32,000 nucleotides of DNA from Flavobacteriaceae bacterium (GTDB taxonomy: Bacteria > Bacteroidota > Bacteroidia > Flavobacteriales > Flavobacteriaceae). Shown piece after piece: positions 8,289 to 15,859 of the stretch; within the stretch, counting starts at the first letter, position 1; the number at the start of each line of letters is the position of its first letter. The notes beneath the pieces are model-generated. The model was not told where the DNA came from and searched no databases. It saw only the letters and a list, made by a program, of their open reading frames with translations. The stretch covers positions 4,830,001 to 4,862,000 of the forward strand of contig OZ245049.1 of NCBI GenBank assembly GCA_965224465.1. The letters are read 5' to 3'. Both the position numbers and the translations under genes were made by a program.

Positions 8289-9314
8289 ATGAAAGTTTGT
8301 AAAGAATGTTTCAACGATATTGAAATTAGAAGTTTTATAGAGTTCAATTCATTAGACAAAGGAAAATGTGATTATTGTAGCAATGGCATTCATTCAGAAT
8401 TAATTGAAGTAGGAGAATTGTTAGATTTCTTCGCAGAATTTGTTGATGTTTTTGAAGAAGATCCTGATGGAAATGAAACATTAACTGAGCTTATTCAAAA
8501 AGATTGGAATTTATTTGCAGGAGAAAGTGAAGCACATGATGTTTTATCTGATATTCTATTAGCATTAGGTACTCCAATTACTTCTCCTTCTGACATTGTG
8601 AGTTATGCTACTGGAATTAATGATTGTATTTCATATTGGGATACACTAAAGGAAGAGTTGAAGTGGCGGAAAAGGTTTTTAACAAATACAGAAGAACTTG
8701 AAAACTTAGGATGGGATAGCCTTTTCAGTATTGAAAATATTTTACCTGCTAATACAACTCTTTACAGAGCAAGAGTACATCATGCAGAGCGTAAAGAACC
8801 TTACGCTACAAATGAAATGGGTTACCCTGAAAAAGAAAAAGTATCAGAAGGCAGAGCAAATCCACAAGGTATACCATACTTATATCTGAGTAAAGCTCTT
8901 AAAACTACATTGTATGAAACGCGTGTATCTTACCTTGATGAATTAAGTATTGGAGAGTTTAAGATTAAAGAGGGTGAAAATATTATTTTGGTTGATTTTA
9001 CTGAAAAATTAAATGCTTTTAAAAATATTGATAATATTAAAAATCATACAAAAGGAGTGTTACTAAAAAACAGGATAAGTAAATCACTTTCTAAGCCAAT
9101 TCGCAGGTATGATTCAAGGTTAGAATATATTCCAACCCAATTTATTTGTGAATACATTAGGTATATTACAAATGCTGATGGTATTTTATTTAATAGTTCC
9201 TTAGATTTAGTTGGAGGAGTAAATGTTGTATTATTTGAACAACATAAAGTTAAATGTGATAGCGTTGAAATGTATCGGATAAAAGATATTGACATTACAC
9301 CTGAGAAAATTTAA
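8289..9314 (+). CDS. Zn-ribbon N-terminal domain fused to a RES domain (putative NAD+-targeting effector)
   Basis: N-terminus CKECF...(18)...CDYCS, a four-Cys ribbon. RES triad in the expected order and context: TLYRARVH (R), GRANPQGIPYLYLS...TLYETRV (E), ILFNSSLD (S). Confidence 0.7.
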   Translation: MKVCKECFNDIEIRSFIEFNSLDKGKCDYCSNGIHSELIEVGELLDFFAEFVDVFEEDPDGNETLTELIQKDWNLFAGESEAHDVLSDILLALGTPITSPSDIVSYATGINDCISYWDTLKEELKWRKRFLTNTEELENLGWDSLFSIENILPANTTLYRARVHHAERKEPYATNEMGYPEKEKVSEGRANPQGIPYLYLSKALKTTLYETRVSYLDELSIGEFKIKEGENIILVDFTEKLNAFKNIDNIKNHTKGVLLKNRISKSLSKPIRRYDSRLEYIPTQFICEYIRYITNADGILFNSSLDLVGGVNVVLFEQHKVKCDSVEMYRIKDIDITPEKI

Positions 9315-9362
9315 ATTTAGGGGTTTAAGGACAAGTATCAATCACTCGTTACACCAAAGAAA

Positions 9363-9488
9363 ATGATATTTGGTAGAATTAAAATAAAACAACAAAAACC
9401 CAATCGAGTAGACGGCTCCAACTTTTCCTTTGATAAAAAAGGAGCGGAAAAACTAAAAGAAAAACTAATCGAATATAAAAAGAACTAA
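9363..9488 (+). CDS. Possible 41-aa small basic protein (MIFGRIKIKQQKPNRVDGSNFSFDKKGAEKLKEKLIEYKKN)
   Basis: ATG-to-TAA ORF below the ORF-track cutoff, same strand, 48 nt after the RES gene. No motif recognised. Confidence 0.15.
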   Translation: MIFGRIKIKQQKPNRVDGSNFSFDKKGAEKLKEKLIEYKKN

Positions 9489-9498
9489 ATGCGTTGCC

Positions 9499-10697
9499 CA
9501 ATAACTAATTGTTCCTACGGTGTAGCGTCCAGTATGAACATTCTGTTGGCTATACCGGCTCAAAAGATGATACTATGGGGATTGCGTGTTTTAATTAAGA
9601 GGCTATCGATAGTAAATGCGGAAGTGTCTTTATATTCAAACCATCTTCTAATGCATGAGACGCAAAGCAATGTCGTAGGGCATGCATTGTTATAGGCTTA
9701 TCAATACCACTTTTTTTATGTGCTTGCACAAAAGCATGAGGCACACCTCCAGAACTCATAGGCTCGCCTTTAAACCTTCCATTAAAAAGATGTATTTTAG
9801 GTTTACACATTTCAAAATACCTGCGTAGCTCCTCTAAAATTGTATTATATAAAATGGTGTACCGGTCTTTCGATCCTTTTCCCCTTATTAATTCAGACAC
9901 GCATTTTTCCATCCTTTGTTTCAATGTCATGTATTTTTAAATGTACTAGTTCAGGTCTTCGGAGCCAATCGAATACAACTAGCGAAACATGACTTTGTGC
10001 TTATGATTAATACAGCTTTCAAACAATAATTGTAACTCCTCCCGACTAATAATTAAAGGTAAACTTGGCTTTTCTTTGGGATAGGGAGTTTTCTGTGTTA
10101 AGGATACATTTTCTAGTGTTTCCTGAAAGTAGTATCGCAATCCTGTGTTTATATTAACCCAAAAGTATACCGCTATTTCAGTGGAAAAGTATACCAGTAA
10201 ATTTTTAAAAAAAACTAAAAAATCAATCATCTGATCTAGCTCCAATTCCTTGGGGTCTTTATCGTGAAAATCATACAATTTGACTAGCCCACGGACATAG
10301 TTCCGTATGGTTCGATCGGATTTATTAGCAACGATCATCCGATTTTCATAAATACGAACCAAGTTTGCTAATTCTTTTTTTACTACCTTTACTTCTGTTG
10401 TACTAAGGCTTTTTTCTTCTGTGTTTTTCATGTTATTCTGATTTTAAATGAATAACACAGAAGTTAAGGGGGCGCAACGTAAGCTACACCTGAGGTGTTT
10501 AGTGCAACAAAGTGTAAAAATAATAAGGGTTAAGTGCGAAGCCAGAAGTTGGTGTGTATTAATAAAGTCCACCAAATTTATATTTTAACGGTATAAAGAA
10601 AATAAAGGTAAAAATTGTAAATTTGGATAAGTGCTAAACTCGAAAAGTAAGTGCATTTTAATTCCTTATTATTCTTATATAAACCGTTGTAGCCAAT
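9499..10697 (-). mobile_element. Putative recombinase-bearing parent copy of the inverted-repeat-bounded island element (decayed)
   Basis: The left arm 9499-9609 (caataactaattgttcctacggtgtagcg...ggctatcga) matches the left arms at 13803 and 17568. The right end, cgttgtagccaat at 10685-10697, matches 14086-14098 and 17858-17870. The interior carries the integrase pseudogene. Confidence 0.4.
9595..10431 (-). pseudogene. Tyrosine recombinase/integrase pseudogene (three in-frame stops, 3' truncation)
   Basis: ORFs 9979-10431 (SAM-like N-domain, TIRNYVRGLVKLYDFH) and 9595-9930 (GKGSKDRYT, HALRHCFASHALEDG) are in the same frame. The 9931-9978 linker reads *LYSIGSEDLN*YI*KY. The ORF stops at LLSIAS before the expected LLGH...Y catalytic-Tyr segment. 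Confidence 0.8.
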
Positions 10698-10720
10698 TCC
10701 TACTTTTAAAGAAAAAAAAT

Positions 10721-12145
10721 ATGAAACTAAAAATTACTTTTTTATGTCTTTTAGCACTAATTCATGTTAGTTGTCAAAATAAAATTTCAGGAACTTCAGA
10801 AGAAGATTTTAAATCATCTCGAATAGAAGTGATAAAAGACTTAACATCTGAAGAACAAGAAAAGTTAGAAAAAGCATTTAGGATTGTTGCCTTATATGCA
10901 ATGGAAGAGAAATGGAATAATTCTGACAACTATATTGACAAATCTATAAACGAAATCACACTAGATATTGTAAACAATAAAACGTACAATGGCCTTGTTG
11001 ATTTTGCGGAAAATTTTCTAAAACTAGAAAATAAAGAAAAAATAAAAAAAATTGAAATGAAAATTTCAGATATAGGATTAAATAGAAAAAAGACTGATTC
11101 TATTATTAGAATACTAGAAGCTTTTAAACCTACAGGAATCAAAATCTATAAAGGAAGTTGGGATGAACCTACTGTTAGTGTTAAAATACTTAATAAAGGT
11201 AACTTAACCGAAATAACTGAATATATGTTTAATTTATGTATATACTCCATTTCTCAAAATAAAGTGATTGATGTTGTGGTGTCTGGTGGTGGTTCTGAAA
11301 AAGGAAGGTCAAAGGGAGAAGGCGATTTTTTTGCTTATGTGTCAAGGTCCTTATCTCCAATAATTGCAAAAAGTAAACGCTTAGAAAAGCAACTGAAAAA
11401 CCCTGAATATCCTATTACCAATTTACAAGAATATGACTTACGTGTAGAGGTCAGACCAAGTAAAATAGTTCTTAAAGACGGAACTAGATATGATTATCCA
11501 AAAAAGATTTTAGCTGATTATGATGCTGAAATTAAAATTTTACAAGAGCAATTAAAACAATTAAAATCTTTAGATGTGAGACTAGACGAATTATCACTTA
11601 AAGAATCAGATTCAGAAAATGAAACCGCTTATAATGAAGAGTTCTTACCATTATTAGAAAAAATAAGAAAGGTTAAAAATAATTCTGATGAAAGAGTATT
11701 AAAAATACATAAAAATCTAGCCTTCACTTTCCCCTCTAAATATGAAATTAAAAAAGAAAAAAATGGGGGAATATATATCTTTTCATTAAGTGATAGTCTA
11801 AGTTATGATATTAGTGATAAAAATCTTATTCAATATCAAATAAGAGATACTGCATATATAGAATATGAAGACAAGTATGATAAAGAGCATGGTGTACTAA
11901 ATATCTTAAAAAAAGAAAACGTATCCTACGATATTAAAGAAACTATTAACAGTTTGAAAATTGCAGGTGGCCATTATAAGTTAATTGATGCTGATGATTC
12001 AGGGTATATATACTTCCGTAGTGATTCTTACAAACTTTTACGTTATTTTAAAATAAAAGGTACTCATTATTCGTATTCTATGGATTTCAATAATTTAAAG
12101 GAATGTATCCGAGAATTTGACCGTTCAAAAGGAATGATAAAGTAA
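10721..12145 (+). CDS. Hypothetical lipoprotein with a coiled-coil-rich central region
   Basis: The internal ATG at 10721 gives MKLKITFLCLLALIHVSC (lipobox Cys). The ORF is long and uninterrupted in AT-rich DNA. No family recognised. Confidence 0.6.
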   Translation: MKLKITFLCLLALIHVSCQNKISGTSEEDFKSSRIEVIKDLTSEEQEKLEKAFRIVALYAMEEKWNNSDNYIDKSINEITLDIVNNKTYNGLVDFAENFLKLENKEKIKKIEMKISDIGLNRKKTDSIIRILEAFKPTGIKIYKGSWDEPTVSVKILNKGNLTEITEYMFNLCIYSISQNKVIDVVVSGGGSEKGRSKGEGDFFAYVSRSLSPIIAKSKRLEKQLKNPEYPITNLQEYDLRVEVRPSKIVLKDGTRYDYPKKILADYDAEIKILQEQLKQLKSLDVRLDELSLKESDSENETAYNEEFLPLLEKIRKVKNNSDERVLKIHKNLAFTFPSKYEIKKEKNGGIYIFSLSDSLSYDISDKNLIQYQIRDTAYIEYEDKYDKEHGVLNILKKENVSYDIKETINSLKIAGGHYKLIDADDSGYIYFRSDSYKLLRYFKIKGTHYSYSMDFNNLKECIREFDRSKGMIK

Positions 12146-12162
12146 TTGGCTACAATAACTAA
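12145..12162 (+). repeat. Solo left-end of the island element (ATTGGCTACAATAACTAA)
   Basis: Same sequence as 17560-17577 (tggctacaataactaa). It is the inverted partner of TTGTAGCCAAT at 10687-10697. Confidence 0.7.
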
Positions 12163-12201
12163 CTCAACTTACGCAATATTAATTTAGATTTAAGGAAATA
12201 A

Positions 12202-12526
12202 TTGTCTATATTGTTAATAACTCTGAGAAGAAAAAAGACGGATAATTTTGTTGATTTATACACCGATTATTTGATAAGTTCAAGTTCTTATACTACAGCA
12301 ACAGGAATGTCTCACTTGCTTTGCGTAAAACATGATAAAATAACAAGAGCATTGTCAACAGGTGTTTACGACAGTAAATTTCTACAGAAAACGGTAAAGC
12401 CTTATATTGAAGAATTGACTCAAGCAAAAAAAAACATTATTTTAAGTTTTGATGATTCTATACAAGAAAAACAAGATGCAAAAGAAAGTGAACTTAACAC
12501 TTGGTATTTTGACCACGTGTTTGGGA
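12202..12526 (+). pseudogene. N-terminal fragment of a DDE transposase (IS4/IS701-like)
   Basis: FVDLYTDYLISSSSYTTATGMSHLL...HDKITRALS resembles the conserved N-terminus of Bacteroidota IS701/IS4-type transposases, from memory. It has a TTG start, covers only about 108 codons and then runs into repeat sequence at about 12521. Confidence 0.4.
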
Positions 12527-12625
12527 TACTGATAAGTATTGGTCAGCAGCGTTTGGTATGCGTTTTCCATTAGTGTCTACATTTATTTTTTTGCTTATTA
12601 GCACCTACTTTTATTTAGGCGATGC
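12521..12625 (+). repeat. Right-arm segment of the island element (gatactgataagtattggtcagcagcgtttgg...)
   Basis: Aligns with 14010-14085 and 17760-17855. Diverges before the terminal gttgtagccaat. Confidence 0.65.
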
Positions 12626-12689
12626 TTCTCCAAAAATCACAGAGATTTACACCAAGACCATCGAAATGAATAATGAAAAAATTGTTGGA

Positions 12690-12806
12690 TTGCTTGAAAA
12701 TTTAAAAAATTTGAATACATTTAACAAAAAACATCACATAATCTGAAACTATTATAGATATAACGTCAAGTTTTGTGAGTTTATTGATGATATACGTGTG
12801 TTGTAA
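12690..12806 (+). repeat. Island repeat family A, copy 2
   Basis: Aligns with 6230-6346. Relative to copy 1 it lacks the 9-nt ggaaataat. Ends in gtgttgtaaaac. Confidence 0.8.
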
Positions 12807-12824
12807 AACATTAAAAACAAAAAT

Positions 12825-13082
12825 ATGAGTAAACTTAAAAATATTTTAGAAAAACAAAACCAGATTTGGGTTTTCTTAATTGGAATAATATTAATTGCAG
12901 CAGGAATTTACTTTTTTTTAGACATACAATCTAAGGAAATAGCAGGAACAGAAGTTCGTATGAAAAAAATATTTCAACTAGTCTATAACTTTGGAGGAAA
13001 ATACGCAATCCTTGCAATTTTTGAAGTTGTAGGACTTATTGCATTAATTTCGGGAATACAACAACTAAGAAATAAATTATAA
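12825..13082 (+). CDS. Small membrane protein (two predicted TM helices)
   Basis: 85 aa with hydrophobic stretches IWVFLIGIILIAAGIYFFL and YAILAIFEVVGLIALISGI. Lies 5 nt upstream of the next ORF. Confidence 0.45.
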   Translation: MSKLKNILEKQNQIWVFLIGIILIAAGIYFFLDIQSKEIAGTEVRMKKIFQLVYNFGGKYAILAIFEVVGLIALISGIQQLRNKL

Positions 13083-13087
13083 TTAAT

Positions 13088-13807
13088 ATGAGCGAAAATA
13101 TATACTACATAATAGGAGGAATTGCAGTCGTTTTTACAATTTATATAATCTTTGTGGGCACTTATGCAAGTAAAAGAAAGAAAAAACAACTAGAGAAATT
13201 CACCAGCCTTAAACCCTTAAATAGAAACGAAAAAAACACTTTAGTCTTTGGTGCAATCCTTTCTTATCATAGAGGTGAAGATATATTAGAAATAAAGCCA
13301 AAGGATTCAATTGATTTATACAAAAACGGACTTAGAGATTCTTGGGAAATAACAAGTAAAGAAGAAGCACTTGAAACAATTAATAATTTAATTTTTTTAG
13401 AAAGAAGCAAAGAATTTGATGCCTTTTTAGAACAGCCTTCTTCCGACTTAACTAAAGTGCAAAAGAATATAGCAAAAGGTTTAAAATTAGAACTAGAAGA
13501 AATACAAAAAGTAAAATCAACTTTTGCTTGGGATACTTGTAGATCTGTATCGTTAACAAAATGGTGCTTTTGGTGTGGCTATTTATCAGAACAAGAATGT
13601 TGGGAACTTATAAACAATGCCGTAAAAGTTGCTCAAAGTTTAGGTTCAAATTGGGAAAACTATACAATCTCTTTTTTACTAGGAAGAACAATGCAAGGTT
13701 TTGATTTAGAAGACATAATAATAGAATCCGAACAACTTTTAAGTGGGGTAACTTTACTTGGGAAAAAAGAAATCCTAAGTGTTTATTCAAAATTTCCTTA
13801 CAAATAA
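13088..13807 (+). CDS. DUF1266-like protein with an N-terminal TM anchor
   Basis: FAWDTCRSVSLTKWCFWCGYLSEQECWELINNAVKVAQS...FLLGR matches the AWD..R......GY.sE.E.W signature I associate with DUF1266. N-terminal TM segment YYIIGGIAVVFTIYIIFVG. Confidence 0.6.
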   Translation: MSENIYYIIGGIAVVFTIYIIFVGTYASKRKKKQLEKFTSLKPLNRNEKNTLVFGAILSYHRGEDILEIKPKDSIDLYKNGLRDSWEITSKEEALETINNLIFLERSKEFDAFLEQPSSDLTKVQKNIAKGLKLELEEIQKVKSTFAWDTCRSVSLTKWCFWCGYLSEQECWELINNAVKVAQSLGSNWENYTISFLLGRTMQGFDLEDIIIESEQLLSGVTLLGKKEILSVYSKFPYK

Positions 13808-14110
13808 CTAGGTGTTCCTACGGTGCGTAGCGCCCAGCATGAATATAATGTTGACTATACCGGCTCAAAAGATGATACTATGGGGATTGCGTTATTTAAT
13901 TATGAGGCTATCGACAAAGATCTTTATAGATAGCACCTATTTTTAGGTCATTTGCTCTCATGCTCTTTTGTGGGGATAGATTTTCACTATTTTAAGATAC
14001 GGATTATTGTTGGTCAGCAGCGTTTGGTAAGCGTTTCCCATTACGTTGGCATGTTTTTTTTTGCTTATTAGTAGCTCCTTTTATGCGTTGTAGCCAATAG
14101 GCAGGAGGTC
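13803..14110 (+). repeat. Island element, short (MITE-like) copy
   Basis: About 300 nt, collinear with 17561-17883. The left arm overlaps the TAA stop of the DUF1266 gene. The right end is gcgttgtagccaataggcaggaggtc. Confidence 0.8.
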
Positions 14111-14155
14111 TACTTCCGCTAAACAGATAGACTGTTTTTAGTTTTCCTGTCTTAC

Positions 14156-14230
14156 AATCGTTCTATGTTTTATCAACGCTAGAACGTGAATTAAACTATT
14201 TATATCGATCATTTTGGATTGTAAGTGGAT
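14156..14230 (+). repeat. REP-like dispersed repeat (cgttct...caacgctagaacgt...ctatttatatcg.tcattttggattgtaa)
   Basis: Shares sequence with 18177-18214, 21131-21280, 21901-21966 and 26300-26430. Confidence 0.7.
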
Positions 14231-14235
14231 AAACA

Positions 14236-14540
14236 AAACACCTGAAAAACGACTAAATACGCCTAAATATTCTCTGTGAAAACAACGTAATTATCTACTA
14301 TTAAAATACCACGTTTAGGATAAGAACAAGTATTCTTGTTGATATTCTGAAAAATAGAGATTAATGTATGAAAACTTTTACGAAAAATAATTAAAAGGTT
14401 AGTGTGCAAAAAGAATGTCTTTTGTATATTTGAAGGACGCTGTATACCGTATATAGCGGAATTAAAAATAAATATAATTACACCGCTATTGTTGCTGTCA
14501 CGGAAATAACGTCAAGTTTTGGCTTGTTATTGTGGATATA
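14236..14540 (+). repeat. 305-bp direct repeat B, copy 1 (ends with the family-A core)
   Basis: Near-identical by eye to 16249-16553, with scattered substitutions. Contains a TATATTTG box and hairpin-forming segments. Confidence 0.9.
14425..14432 (+). promoter_or_regulatory. TAnnTTTG -7-like box (TATATTTG) inside repeat B; conserved copy at 16447-16454
   Basis: Exact consensus match conserved in both repeat copies, followed by conserved hairpins. The distance to ATG 14702 is about 270 nt. Confidence 0.3.
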
Positions 14541-14701
14541 TCTGTTATTTGGTTCTTTTCTAGTACTATAGTGCTTCCTAGAAATAGATTTTTATAGATT
14601 TGAGCAATATGAGTAACAAAATCGAAGCACTGACACCCAACATTAGTTAAAATCAATACTACCCTTCGGTCGTACTGCTATTAGCCCTATTCTAAAAAAA
14701 A

Positions 14702-15859
14702 ATGCCATCAACAATAACAAAGTATAAGATTTTTTTAGCTTCACCAAGTGACCTTCAGGATGATAGAGCTTCTATTGACGAAGTTATAAATGAGTTAAAT
14801 TTCACATTTGGAAAGCAACACGATATTCATTTGGAACTATTAAAATGGGAAACACATTCAGCACCAGCAATTGCAATTAATCATCCTCAAGAAATTATAA
14901 ACTCTGATTTAGGAGACGACTATGATTTATTTATTGGACTTATCTGGAAAAAATTTGGAACACCAACAAAAGAAGCTGATTCTGGAACAGAGGAAGAATT
15001 TTTGAATGCATATAATCGATTTTTAGAAAATCCTAATTCACTACAGATTCTCTTTTATTTTAATAGTAAACCAGTATCTATAAGTGAGATGAATGCTGAA
15101 CAATTATTAAAAATTCAAAATTTCAAATCGGATATAGGGAAAAATAAAAAAGTTTTATATTGGGAGTATCAAGATACACAGCAATTAAATAAGTTTTTGA
15201 GAATACATATTCCTCAAAGAATATTAGAATTAAAAAAAAGTGCACAAAATAAGTTAGCTATTATAGAAAAAGATGAAGTTTTAGCAGTTGAGATATTAAG
15301 TGAAGAGTTTGGACTAATTGATTATCAAGAAATGATAGAAGATGGTTTTCGAGAATCTACAGAATCTTTGTTAAGAATTTCAAATGCTACCGAATGGATT
15401 GGCGAACAGCTGAATAAAAAAACAGCCGAGGCAAATACTATGACAGCTAATGGTAATCAACCCAGTCTCAAAACATTAAAAAATTATTTTATTAGAACTG
15501 CCAAAATAATGGATAATTATGCTAATCGTATTGAACCTGAAATTCCAATATTTCAAGAATATTTTGAAAAAGGAATAGACGCATTATCTAATGTAATTAA
15601 TATTTCAACAAACGACTTAGGTGTCGAACAGGATGAAATTGATGAAACTAAAGAATCCTTAGCAAGCCTTATCGAAGGAATATCATTTGGAATAGATAGT
15701 ATGAACAGTTTTTTACAATCGGTAAATGATCTACCAAGGATGTCTAAAGAATTAAATAAAGCTAAAACTAACGTTGGAACAAAATTAGAAGATTTATTAG
15801 ATAATTTAAGGATTAGCTTATCAATAGGAATTGAGTTAAAAAAGAGCCTTGAGGAATAA
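14702..15859 (+). CDS. DUF4062/TIR-like N-terminal domain protein with a helical C-terminal region
   Basis: The N-terminus YKIFLASPSDLQDDRASIDEVINEL ... DLFIGLIWKKFGTP...SGTEEEF matches the (V/I)F(I/L)SS..DL..ER ... G.....SGTE.E pattern recalled for DUF4062-type TIR-like domains. The C-terminal ~200 aa are rich in helix formers. Confidence 0.5.
   Translation: MPSTITKYKIFLASPSDLQDDRASIDEVINELNFTFGKQHDIHLELLKWETHSAPAIAINHPQEIINSDLGDDYDLFIGLIWKKFGTPTKEADSGTEEEFLNAYNRFLENPNSLQILFYFNSKPVSISEMNAEQLLKIQNFKSDIGKNKKVLYWEYQDTQQLNKFLRIHIPQRILELKKSAQNKLAIIEKDEVLAVEILSEEFGLIDYQEMIEDGFRESTESLLRISNATEWIGEQLNKKTAEANTMTANGNQPSLKTLKNYFIRTAKIMDNYANRIEPEIPIFQEYFEKGIDALSNVINISTNDLGVEQDEIDETKESLASLIEGISFGIDSMNSFLQSVNDLPRMSKELNKAKTNVGTKLEDLLDNLRISLSIGIELKKSLEE

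Noticed and set aside
9489-9695. 68-aa + strand ORF in the track
   Set aside because: It lies entirely within the repeat left arm and antisense to the integrase 3' end. The same repeat elsewhere does not keep the frame, so it is very likely spurious.
12558-12746. 62-aa + strand ORF in the track
   Set aside because: It spans the junction of two different repeat families (right-arm segment and family A copy 2). The homologous repeat copies are not open in this frame.
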